DNA from: Candidatus Ghiorseimicrobium undicola
GTDB lineage: Bacteria > Omnitrophota > Gorgyraeia > Ghiorseimicrobiales > Ghiorseimicrobiaceae
Direction of reading: 5' to 3'
NCBI GenBank assembly: GCA_002796125.1
Contig: PCWA01000075.1
Span: forward strand, 10,317-74,316
DNA: 64,000 bases
In this document: one piece after another, positions 8,993-18,018 of the stretch
Position numbering within the stretch: position 1 is the first letter of the stretch
Layout: the number at the start of each line of letters is the position of its first letter
The notes under the pieces: generated by a model
Database searches by the model: none
Seen by the model: only the letters and a program-made list of their open reading frames with translations
Told to the model about the DNA's origin: nothing
Program-made: the position numbers and the translations under genes

Positions 8993-9563
8993 CGTTATTT
9001 TTAACCAATGCCTCTATGGTCATCTTAACAGGATATATAAAAGGGGCTTCCCGCACTGAAGAGATATCAAAAGCCAACACCTTTAAATACCTGATCGATG
9101 TTTCCAGCTTATTGATAAATTCTCCCAACCGGTGATAAGCGCATTTTAAATCTAAATTTATAAGTAGGCGCGAAAACATCCCGGCTTTTCCGCCTTCAAC
9201 AGCCCTATTCATCTGCTGCCCCGAAGGCCTTACCTGCATAATCACTATATTTGAATCTTTGGCGATTCTTGAAACCTCGCTTAACAATAAAGGTATTTCT
9301 TCTTCCGTAACAAACATTTTTTCAAAGTCCGGCAATTCTGAATTTAACTTGGCATAACGTTCTGTTAAGCTGTCTTTTGAAGATATCGCCGCCCTGGCAA
9401 CTACGATATCTTTTTTTAATTTTCCGGCCTGGGGCATGGATTTAGCAAGAAAACGCACCTGCCCGCCTAAAACAAAAACAAAATCAAAAATAATAATAGC
9501 CGCGGCTATGGAGATAGGTTTTATTAAATGTTTTTTCTCTTTTAAAAACTGCTCAACCCACAT
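8985..9563 (-). CDS. pilO: Type IV pilus assembly protein PilO
   Basis: N-terminal TM, coiled coil, EIPLLLSEV and YHRLGEFINKLE motifs; order pilM-N-O-P-Q. Confidence 0.8.
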   Translation of the reverse strand: MWVEQFLKEKKHLIKPISIAAAIIIFDFVFVLGGQVRFLAKSMPQAGKLKKDIVVARAAISSKDSLTERYAKLNSELPDFEKMFVTEEEIPLLLSEVSRIAKDSNIVIMQVRPSGQQMNRAVEGGKAGMFSRLLINLDLKCAYHRLGEFINKLETSIRYLKVLAFDISSVREAPFIYPVKMTIEALVKNNDE

Positions 9564-9566
9564 GGT

Positions 9567-10130
9567 TTACTCCAAAACTCCTCTTATAGAAAAATCTATC
9601 ACCTCTACCCCGGAAACATTACTTCTGACAATAGAAACTATTTCCATGCTTTTAAACCCGGAATAGAAAAACTTATCTTTCTTGAGCGCCTGTAAAAACT
9701 TATGAAGAGAATCAACTTCTTCGCCTTTTAGGGATATCACCGACCCTGTAATATCAAGGATGCCGTCTGATGCGCGCATACGGTTAAACCAGATACCTTT
9801 CGGCAAAAGCAGGCTTAAGCTATTTAACCTTCTGGCCCAACGCGACTTCTCGACAGCCAGTTTGTTCGTAATCCCCAGCCTTGCCTCCAAACCTTCAACG
9901 TCTTTTTTAAGTTTTATGACATCCGCATTTTTGCTCGATATATGAGACCATTCCCTGCCTAAGCTGGATACGCGGTACTTATAGAATAATACGCTAAAAA
10001 GCAACAAAACATGCAGCCCAACCAAAACGATAAGGGCCAGTTTTGCAAAATAAACAACAGCATCAAAATCGATACCCTTCTTAGCTTTTGACAGGCGTAG
10101 ATTTTCCGGTAATAAATTTATTTCTATCAT
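9567..10130 (-). CDS. pilN: Type IV pilus assembly protein PilN
   Basis: MIEINLLP start at 10130 coupled to the pilM stop; TM; LPKGIWF. Confidence 0.85.
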   Translation of the reverse strand: MIEINLLPENLRLSKAKKGIDFDAVVYFAKLALIVLVGLHVLLLFSVLFYKYRVSSLGREWSHISSKNADVIKLKKDVEGLEARLGITNKLAVEKSRWARRLNSLSLLLPKGIWFNRMRASDGILDITGSVISLKGEEVDSLHKFLQALKKDKFFYSGFKSMEIVSIVRSNVSGVEVIDFSIRGVLE

Positions 10131-11164
10131 TTTCGTAAAGCGAGACCTGCGGCAACGGCAAAACATGGCCCTGTCTTCGCGCAGTTTTCTTTATCCGCAT
10201 TATCGGAAATTTTTAAATGATCAAAGGGATTCCATATTTTAAAATCAATCCCCATCGCCCTGCTCATAAATTTATCTATGCCGCCAAGCAAGCTGCCGCC
10301 TCCGGTTAGGTATGCGCAGTTTACCGCCCTGCCGGTATTGCTTTCGTAATAATCAAAAGAAAGGCGCAGCTCACCGACCAACTCTGCCAACAAAGATTCC
10401 ACGGGCTCTCTTGCCTCAGCGATTTCATCGTAAGAAACCTTTATCTTCTCTGCCTCATCATAGCCGATCCCCAGCTTTACTGAAATTCTATTGGTAATAT
10501 CAGCCGAACCGAACAAGATGTCGCGGTTAAACCTTAAGCTGCCGGAATCAAGCAGGGACAAGTTACTGATACGCGCTCCGATGTTCAAAACGGCAGACAT
10601 TTCTTTATTTTGCTGTGTATCTAAAAAATTGAATATATTCGTAAGCGCGACCGAATCAATATCCAAAACATTAACTTCAAGGCCAAGGCCGGAGATTAAA
10701 TCAAGCCTGCGCTGCACAAAATCTTTTTTAACCGCGGCAATTAAAACAAGCATTTTATTTCCTTCAAGATTATGTTTCAATATGGCAGAATCCAGGACAA
10801 CTTCGTTGACAGGAAAGGGTATATGCTTTGCGGCTTCATATTTCATAGAATTTTTAAATTCGCTTTCATTCATGTCGGGAAGCATGATGCACCTTGTAAG
10901 CACTTCCTTGCCTGACAATCCCACATTTACGGACCTGCTTTCAATGCCGGCCGCAGCGAGCAATTCACCAAGCGCGGCTTTTATATCCTGATTTTTTATC
11001 TGGCGGGTTCCTAAAGCAGACACTACCGCGTCGCTATTCAACATGTCTATTTTGACTAATTTTATATTACAGCTTCCAATATCCAGTCCGAAAACATAAG
11101 ATTTTTTATCCCTCCTTGGTATAAATTGCAATATTTTCTCGCCAATATCGTTAATTTTAAGCAT
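10127..11164 (-). CDS. pilM: Type IV pilus assembly protein PilM
   Basis: GLDIGS, EAAKHIPF, LTGGGSLLGGI, AVAAGLALR; actin-like fold. Confidence 0.92.
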   Translation of the reverse strand: MLKINDIGEKILQFIPRRDKKSYVFGLDIGSCNIKLVKIDMLNSDAVVSALGTRQIKNQDIKAALGELLAAAGIESRSVNVGLSGKEVLTRCIMLPDMNESEFKNSMKYEAAKHIPFPVNEVVLDSAILKHNLEGNKMLVLIAAVKKDFVQRRLDLISGLGLEVNVLDIDSVALTNIFNFLDTQQNKEMSAVLNIGARISNLSLLDSGSLRFNRDILFGSADITNRISVKLGIGYDEAEKIKVSYDEIAEAREPVESLLAELVGELRLSFDYYESNTGRAVNCAYLTGGGSLLGGIDKFMSRAMGIDFKIWNPFDHLKISDNADKENCAKTGPCFAVAAGLALRK

Positions 11165-11181
11165 GATAACACAGTAAAAAA

Positions 11182-11541
11182 TTAATAAAAAACTACGTTG
11201 CTTTTTTCCAATTCCCTCATCTCTTCTTCCGTGGGTTTTATGCCTTTGGCTTCCGCCTCTCTTATCTCTTCTTCGCTATTAAGTTGAAACGGTTCAATTT
11301 CTATTCCCGGCAGCTCTATTATTTTTTTCTTATCTTTTTCTTCTCTGCCGGAATTTTCCACGCGCCTGCCTACTTGAAGTGCCGGCAGGCCTGATTTTAA
11401 AGATGATTCCTTATCTCTTTCTCCGGCAATAAATCTTTTATCGCTTACGCCGGCCTTTTCTTTTATTATTGCAATATTCAAAACCGCTATAATTAAAATG
11501 AAAATCCCCAGAGAAATCAAAGCAGGCATCCATCTTTTCAT
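11182..11541 (-). CDS. Hypothetical membrane-anchored protein in the pilus cluster
   Basis: N-terminal hydrophobic helix, charged C-terminus, co-oriented in the operon. Confidence 0.7.
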   Translation of the reverse strand: MKRWMPALISLGIFILIIAVLNIAIIKEKAGVSDKRFIAGERDKESSLKSGLPALQVGRRVENSGREEKDKKKIIELPGIEIEPFQLNSEEEIREAEAKGIKPTEEEMRELEKSNVVFY

Positions 11542-11545
11542 TTCT

Positions 11546-12802
11546 CTACTCCTCTCTCCATGAAGTTATGATATAATCGCCTGTCGTAGGATTATACGGC
11601 GGAGGATTACTGGTAAAGCGGCTATCGTAGCTATAATCTTTGTTATAACCGCTTAATTTTTCTCCTGTTGAACCATCAAAAGTACCAACAGGCCCTCGCT
11701 GATTCTGGATTATCCCGCCATAGACCGTGAGGGTGCCTTTGGGCGGACCCTGCCAATATTTAAAAACCGTGAATGAACTACCCAATGCCATAATGCTGGC
11801 ATCTATTTCTAAATCGTAAGGGGCTGACTGCGGAATAATCACATTTTTTTCAGCTACAATTCCCAATTTATCCGCGGAATCAGGATTAACCCTGGGATCA
11901 TCGCTATAGACCACATTATCGCTGACAATAATGTCGCGCTCCGAACCCACGCTTACACTGCCCTTGACAGTACCGGAAATATCGAGATCGCCATTATCAA
12001 CAAATATAGCGCCATTGGCCGGGATACTAGTGTTAAAATTATTCCAGCCTTTATTAGCGTTGGTCACATTCATAGTACCATCGGCATTGAAGGCTATTGC
12101 CGAGTTTCCGGTAAGAAAAATTCCTCCCCCGCTGGCGGCAGTCCTTAAATTAAGGGCGCTTGCCGGCATAGCTACGGGATCGGCACCCAAGTCTATCCCT
12201 TGTTGAAAATCAGGCATATCATAAGGCGGATTGGAGCTGCTGCTTAAATTTTTAGGATTACCGTTATTATAATAACGTATATAATTATCCCCGCTCTTAA
12301 CCTCGCCCTCAAAAACCGGCCCTCCTTTAATCTTAAAACGCCCATTGGTCTGAACAGGGCCTTTTAACAAATCTCCGTCTACAAACCAGACATTAATACC
12401 CATAAAACGCTCCTGGTCCGTAAAATAAGCGTAGCGGGCGTAGTGGTCATCGCTAAATGTTGCCTTTATTGTCTTGTTTTCATTGCCGACGACGGCTGTT
12501 GACTCTACATTATAGACTAAGGAAACAGGGCTGGAAACCGTAAAGGAAAAACTGCCATTGCCTAAGTTTACAGTTCCGGAATTATAAGGGAGCGCTGCCG
12601 GATAACTCGTCCTTAGCCAGACTAAGGCGCTGTCTATGCCTGACTCAGCCAGATAGAATGCCTGCATGGCATTATTACGCCTGGAGGCACTACCCATCTC
12701 ACTGACGCTTCTGGCGGCAAAACTTATTATCAGGATAAGTAAAACCGAAATTATAAGGTATGTGGCGATAATAATAAAGGCCGCATCTTTCCTTATCTTC
12801 AC
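11546..12802 (-). CDS. PilX-like minor pilin with large C-terminal domain
   Basis: Pilin-like hydrophobic N-terminus, QAFYLAESGID PilX-N motif, ends ITSWREE. Confidence 0.8.
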   Translation of the reverse strand: MKIRKDAAFIIIATYLIISVLLILIISFAARSVSEMGSASRRNNAMQAFYLAESGIDSALVWLRTSYPAALPYNSGTVNLGNGSFSFTVSSPVSLVYNVESTAVVGNENKTIKATFSDDHYARYAYFTDQERFMGINVWFVDGDLLKGPVQTNGRFKIKGGPVFEGEVKSGDNYIRYYNNGNPKNLSSSSNPPYDMPDFQQGIDLGADPVAMPASALNLRTAASGGGIFLTGNSAIAFNADGTMNVTNANKGWNNFNTSIPANGAIFVDNGDLDISGTVKGSVSVGSERDIIVSDNVVYSDDPRVNPDSADKLGIVAEKNVIIPQSAPYDLEIDASIMALGSSFTVFKYWQGPPKGTLTVYGGIIQNQRGPVGTFDGSTGEKLSGYNKDYSYDSRFTSNPPPYNPTTGDYIITSWREE

Positions 12803-13821
12803 AACTGCCTCCAGGAAATTATCTGCACATCAGCATGTAATCCCATCTTGTTTATCGCCTGCATATAAAAAGCATTGTACTGAATCGTTGTATTACCATT
12901 AAGGCGCGATTCATCCCCTGACCATACGCCGCCGTCAACGTTTAGCCCTCCGCCTCCGCCGTTTACCCTAAAATCGCCTAAAGTATAAATGCATCCTTCT
13001 ACTTGTCCGTTTCCGTTTATGGTCGTCTCCGAAGAACTGTTTGGATCAGTTATAACATCCCCTACTACTACAAAAAAGCCGCCGATAGTACCGATATTCC
13101 CGTTTAACTGCAGATCATCTTCTACATAAACTACATTAGGGACACCCGTTGCGGGATCTGCGGGGTCCGTAGGAACAGAATACCAGAATGAAGCGGGAAA
13201 ACTATCGGTGTTATTCTGAACGTCTGCCAGGCGTGCTGTATCATAAACATTGCCTTGCCCGATACTTATGGCACGCAGCTCCGCATAATTAAGACGCGCC
13301 AACGGAGAAATTCCCGGATCATTGGTTACACTGCCTGTAATATTGTCTGGGTTATCAATGGAGCCGGCATAGATTACATCTCCGTCCACCAGATAACTGC
13401 TGCCGTTTAAATCAATATCCCCCGCGGAATAAATCGCATTATCATAAAACCCCCCGGGTATAGCTTTTCTTATATACGCCTCGATACTTACTTTCTGCTG
13501 TGCAGCCGAAACAGATGGTATATAGCCAAAAGTATCTACTTTGCGCTCATCAAGACCAACAGCGTTAACCACTACAGAATATTCTCCGCTGCCTAAAGCA
13601 ACCGCGGTAACGCCCGTCCAGTCAAAATTATTTTTTAATTCCACAAGCGCTCGATCCAAACCCGCTTCCGCCAGATTAAAGGCCTGATAAAATCCTTTTT
13701 GCCTTTCGGTCAAGTCTTTCTCCTGTATGCCCCTGCTAATGAAAACCCCTATCAGGATTATCAAGACAACCACAACGAAAGCGATTAAAACCAAAATAAC
13801 GCCTTGTTTTTTATTATTCAT
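12799..13821 (-). CDS. PilX-like minor pilin
   Basis: KKQG/VILVLI prepilin-like site, QAFNLAEAGLD, ends IISWRQL. Confidence 0.8.
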   Translation of the reverse strand: MNNKKQGVILVLIAFVVVVLIILIGVFISRGIQEKDLTERQKGFYQAFNLAEAGLDRALVELKNNFDWTGVTAVALGSGEYSVVVNAVGLDERKVDTFGYIPSVSAAQQKVSIEAYIRKAIPGGFYDNAIYSAGDIDLNGSSYLVDGDVIYAGSIDNPDNITGSVTNDPGISPLARLNYAELRAISIGQGNVYDTARLADVQNNTDSFPASFWYSVPTDPADPATGVPNVVYVEDDLQLNGNIGTIGGFFVVVGDVITDPNSSSETTINGNGQVEGCIYTLGDFRVNGGGGGLNVDGGVWSGDESRLNGNTTIQYNAFYMQAINKMGLHADVQIISWRQL

Positions 13822-14387
13822 TAGTTTCTCAGCCTCACTTGGGTGTTTAGAGTAATGCTTACTTTTTCATCCCCTGGGGAAGTAAACCCTTTAAATGCGT
13901 ATTTTTCTGCCGTGATGTAAATTTCTATAATATCGGTACCTGCCGGCCAGTTGAAATTAAGAGTTGCTACTTTATTCGCCAAAACAGATTGCTCTCCGCT
14001 AAGGCTTAGGGTCCTTACAATCTGATCTCCGGACAATGAATAAGTTATGGTGCCGATTCTTTTTCCCCCGGGATCATCCGACCATTCAATTCCGCCCCCT
14101 TCAATAACCGTGCCATTATCATTCGCATCCCAGGGTATTTCGAATGTGATAGAACTGGCATTAACGCCTTCTGAGATGCCGCTGACTTTATTAGAACGCG
14201 TCTGCCTTAATTCTTTGACAATGTAATCCAGCGCCCGGCGCGCCTCCTGCTCAACCTCAATCTGAATATTTCCTACGTCAAAGGCTTTTTGGCCTCCCGT
14301 CAACAGAGCGAATACAACAGTCAAAATAATAGAAAAAATAGCAACCGCTACTACCAGCTCTATAATAGAAAAAGCCCTTTTCTTCAT
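13821..14387 (-). CDS. PilW-like minor pilin
   Basis: KRA/FSIIELVVAV N-methylation motif, QEARRALDYIVKELRQ, ends VRLRN. Confidence 0.85.
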   Translation of the reverse strand: MKKRAFSIIELVVAVAIFSIILTVVFALLTGGQKAFDVGNIQIEVEQEARRALDYIVKELRQTRSNKVSGISEGVNASSITFEIPWDANDNGTVIEGGGIEWSDDPGGKRIGTITYSLSGDQIVRTLSLSGEQSVLANKVATLNFNWPAGTDIIEIYITAEKYAFKGFTSPGDEKVSITLNTQVRLRN

Positions 14388-14818
14388 CGGTTGGCGATAT
14401 AAGTAACCAGTCTGGCAGGAGAAGAGCCCAGTGGATTTAACGCGCTATCACCGCCTATAATCCTGCCGTTTTTCTGCCTCCAACACGCGGTTACGGTAAC
14501 CAACAAGAGATCCGGATTGGTATTATCCACCTCTACCAAGCCATTACTATCGCCGATAGCTATACCATCTACCGCAAAATTAGGATTATTCGTATAATAA
14601 GTGTAGATATCTGAAAAATTGTGATCGCGGATTTCTTCTAGCTTTTTCTGCGCGCCATTTAAAGCATAGGTAGTGTTGCGTGCCGTCTCTACCAATTCAA
14701 AACAAGTAAGGTAAGTGGCCAGCAAGCCAGTCAAAGCAATACCGATAATCAGCATCGCTATAACTATTTCTATAAGCGTAAAGCCCGCTTTGGGCAACTT
14801 TCTCTTAAACGGATACAT
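14384..14818 (-). CDS. PilV-like minor pilin
   Basis: AG/FTLIEIVIAM N-methylation motif, AQKKLEEIR. Confidence 0.87.
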   Translation of the reverse strand: MYPFKRKLPKAGFTLIEIVIAMLIIGIALTGLLATYLTCFELVETARNTTYALNGAQKKLEEIRDHNFSDIYTYYTNNPNFAVDGIAIGDSNGLVEVDNTNPDLLLVTVTACWRQKNGRIIGGDSALNPLGSSPARLVTYIANR

Positions 14819-14885
14819 ATAAAATCTAACTCTCGTCGCTACAATGTGTTAGCTAACTTCATTAACTTATTTATGCCTCATAGGT

Positions 14886-14913
14886 ATAATAACATAATCT
14901 CTAACGTGGTCAA
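14886..14913 (-). promoter_or_regulatory. Possible sigma70 promoter for the minor pilin/pilMNOPQ genes
   Basis: TTGACC-N16-TATTAT with TGn. Confidence 0.5.
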
Positions 14914-14922
14914 GTAAAATCC

Positions 14923-15612
14923 TTAGGCCAGGTTACGGCCGCAGATATATTTAAGACAGGTGGCAGGAAAACCTATATCTCCTACTATTACCTTTCCGCA
15001 TTGGCCTGGCCCGTCATTGATAATCATGCCCTTTTTTTTAGAAATAAAAGTCAATGTTTTGCTTGCAGTTACGCAAATCCCTAACACCCTGCCGGAATCC
15101 GCGTCTAAACCAGATGGTATATCAATGGCCAAAACTGGAATTTTGCTCTTATTAATTTTATATATTAAATCTTTTAGAAACCCTTCAACCTCTCCCCTAA
15201 GGCCTATACCTAAAAGCGCATCCACAATTAAAGAATAATCCCTCATATTTATTGTATTAATTTTATTAGTTTCCGTAATCGGAATTATGCCAAGGCCGAT
15301 TTTTTCTAGAATATTCAAATTATTCTCCGCCGCATCTTTAAAATTCAGGCTATCAGCGCAGAGATAGACATCCACACCCACGCCTCTTGTGGCTAAATGG
15401 CGGGCGCAGGCGAAACCGTCTCCGCCGTTATTGCCTTTACCGCAGAAAACAGCTACTTTTTTATCTTTGGGCCCAAGCATAGCTAAAGCCATTTCAGCCG
15501 CGCTTCTTCCGGCATTCTCCATAAGTACAAGCGCCGGAATCTTTAATTTACGCTGCGCGGCAGCGTCTATCGCCTTTGCCTGCGCTCTCGTTATATTAGG
15601 AAATTTTTGCAT
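14923..15612 (-). CDS. nnrE: NAD(P)H-hydrate epimerase (YjeF N-terminal domain, stand-alone)
   Basis: LMENAGR, CGKGNNGGDG, IVDALLGIG, AIDIPSG. Confidence 0.93.
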   Translation of the reverse strand: MQKFPNITRAQAKAIDAAAQRKLKIPALVLMENAGRSAAEMALAMLGPKDKKVAVFCGKGNNGGDGFACARHLATRGVGVDVYLCADSLNFKDAAENNLNILEKIGLGIIPITETNKINTINMRDYSLIVDALLGIGLRGEVEGFLKDLIYKINKSKIPVLAIDIPSGLDADSGRVLGICVTASKTLTFISKKKGMIINDGPGQCGKVIVGDIGFPATCLKYICGRNLA

Positions 15613-15649
15613 GCCTGTAGGATGCGGAATATTGAAAACTACGGCAGGC

Positions 15650-16846
15650 CTAATGGCCGATAAGCTCTAAGACGCTGAATATCGGCAGAAATAAGGAAAT
15701 AACGATACCGCCGATTATTGTTCCCAAAAGCACGATAACTACCGGTTCAATTAAACTCGTCAACGCGGAGACGGCGGCATCTACCTGCTCTTCGTAAAAA
15801 TCAGCAATCTTTGAAAGCATTTTTTCCAGGTGGCCTGTCTGCTCTCCGACGGAAATCATCCTTACCACCATAGGAGGGAAAATATTGCCCCTTGCTAAAG
15901 GTTCAGCTATCGGTTCTCCCTCTTTTATGGAACTGGTCGCCTGAATTATTGCCTGCTCTATTATTTTATTTCCTGAAGTCTTGCCTACAATTTCTAAAGA
16001 ATCTATTATCGGCACCCCGCTTTTAACTAAAGTAGATAATGTCCTGGAGAACTTTGCCACGGCAACTTTTCTAAATAATTGGCCGAATATAGGCACTTTC
16101 AATAACATCTTATCAAAATTATACCTTCCTTTTTCCGTAGATACATAGCGCTGTATTATTATGCCTAAAATAACAAGAATTATGACGATATATAGAAAAG
16201 ACGACCTTATGCCATCGCTTATGCCAATCAAAATTCTGGTAGGGAGCGGAAGCCTGCCCCCCAAGGTTACGAAGATAGCCTTAAACGTAGGAACTACTTT
16301 AATAAGCAAAAAAGTGGTAATAAGTATTGCCATGCTTATTACTACTACGGGATAAATCAGGCTTGAGCGCACTTTCCGCTTCAAAACACTGACTTTTTCC
16401 AGATAAGTAGCGAGCCTGTCCAAAACTTCATCCAACTGGCCTGAAACCTCCCCCGCCCTGACCATGCTTATAAAAAGGCCGGAAAAAACCTTTTGATGTT
16501 TTTTAAGCGCCTCAGAAAAACTCAAGCCCTCTTCTATATCCTGGCGTGTTTTAGCCGTGACCTCCGAAAGGTACTTATCTTCTGTCTGTTCAGCTAAAAT
16601 ACTCAATGTTTGAGCAAGCGGGATACCGCTGTCTATCATCGTAGCGAGCTGCCGGCAAAAAATTACTAATTCATCTAATTTAACGGAACGCGCCTGTAAC
16701 TTAGGCGCTTTTGTCTGATGTATTGAAACAACCAGCAGTTCCTGCCGGTGCAACCTATCAATCAAAGAAACTTCGTCAGGCATCTCAGCCAGCCCGGAAA
16801 CGTTCTTGCCGGTTTTATCTTTTGCCACATACTTATAATTCGGCAT
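15650..16846 (-). CDS. pilC: Type IV pilus platform protein PilC/GspF
   Basis: FCRQLATMIDSGIP, GEVSGQLD, YPVVV, GEQTGHL, EPVVIV. Confidence 0.95.
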   Translation of the reverse strand: MPNYKYVAKDKTGKNVSGLAEMPDEVSLIDRLHRQELLVVSIHQTKAPKLQARSVKLDELVIFCRQLATMIDSGIPLAQTLSILAEQTEDKYLSEVTAKTRQDIEEGLSFSEALKKHQKVFSGLFISMVRAGEVSGQLDEVLDRLATYLEKVSVLKRKVRSSLIYPVVVISMAILITTFLLIKVVPTFKAIFVTLGGRLPLPTRILIGISDGIRSSFLYIVIILVILGIIIQRYVSTEKGRYNFDKMLLKVPIFGQLFRKVAVAKFSRTLSTLVKSGVPIIDSLEIVGKTSGNKIIEQAIIQATSSIKEGEPIAEPLARGNIFPPMVVRMISVGEQTGHLEKMLSKIADFYEEQVDAAVSALTSLIEPVVIVLLGTIIGGIVISLFLPIFSVLELIGH

Positions 16847-16880
16847 AAGCCCTCGCTTTATTTATGGTATTGAATATATT

Positions 16881-17933
16881 TTAAACAAGATTATCTATTA
16901 TTTTTAAAAACACCTCAACAACCTTTGGGTCAAACTGACTGCCGCTATTTCTTTTTATTTCCTCAATGGCGCTTTCCTTAGAAAGTTTAATATTGCGGTA
17001 TGAGCGCTCGGAAGTCATGGCATCATAAGCATCAGCCAGAGAAATTATCCTTGCCCCCAATAGGATATCCCGGCCTTTTTTCCCTGCCGGATAACCGCTG
17101 CCGTCAAAATTCTCATGGTGTTCCTTGACTAATTCGGCGATATTCTTTAAATCTAAATCTCTTAAAATACGCGCGCCCATTTCAGGGTGCTGTTTCATTA
17201 AAATCCATTCATCGGGGCTCAATTTACCGTCCTTGGTTAAAATCGCGTCCCTTATGCCGATTTTCCCTATATCATGCAATCCGCAGGCATCGCGTATATC
17301 TTTTACCTCCTGAAAACTCAAGCTCATATTTTCCGCAATTGCCACCGCATATTTTGTAACATTCTCCGAATGACTATAAGTATATTTATCGCGCATATCA
17401 ATAAGCTGGGCAAGCGCCTTTATTGAACGCACATAAGATTCCTGTAAAGTAGAATATAAAGATATGGAATTTTTAACCCCCTCATCTACCTTTTTACTTA
17501 AAAGAGAAATTTGCTTCTCCATATTAATTATTTTCTCTTCATGTATCATAATATTATTCTTAACTCTTTTGAATAATATTGCCTGCTTTACGACCAAAAA
17601 AAGGTTTTTGGGCTCAAATGATTCCGGCAAAAAATCAAATATACCCAGCTGCAGCATATTATTTATCGCATAGTAAGAATAATTATCGGTTACTGCTATG
17701 ATGAGCGAATCGAACCTTTCTTTTTTTAAATCTTGCAGTAATTTATTTTGTTCGATGGAAACATCCTTTGAACTAACTATTATAACGTCAAAATTATCCA
17801 TCCTGGCCAGGCTGATAGCTTTGGATATTTCCGGCTCAATTGTTACGGAAAAATCCTCTCTGGTTAAGTCTTTTTTCGCATGATAACATAAAGCATGTTC
17901 TTCGCTAATAACTAGCACTTTTCCTTCGGCCAT
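16881..17933 (-). CDS. Receiver-like + HD-GYP phosphodiesterase
   Basis: RDKYTYSHSENV, LHDIGKIG, HHENFDGSGYP, ADAYDAMTSERSY; the REC-like N-terminus lacks the phospho-Asp (DVIIVSS). Confidence 0.9.
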   Translation of the reverse strand: MAEGKVLVISEEHALCYHAKKDLTREDFSVTIEPEISKAISLARMDNFDVIIVSSKDVSIEQNKLLQDLKKERFDSLIIAVTDNYSYYAINNMLQLGIFDFLPESFEPKNLFLVVKQAILFKRVKNNIMIHEEKIINMEKQISLLSKKVDEGVKNSISLYSTLQESYVRSIKALAQLIDMRDKYTYSHSENVTKYAVAIAENMSLSFQEVKDIRDACGLHDIGKIGIRDAILTKDGKLSPDEWILMKQHPEMGARILRDLDLKNIAELVKEHHENFDGSGYPAGKKGRDILLGARIISLADAYDAMTSERSYRNIKLSKESAIEEIKRNSGSQFDPKVVEVFLKIIDNLV

Positions 17934-18018
17934 TTGCTCTCCATTGGTTTCTTAAAATCAAAGCTTGGCGCTTTTGACATAAAACTTTCTCAACGCACAG
18001 CTGGAAAAAATATTAAAA

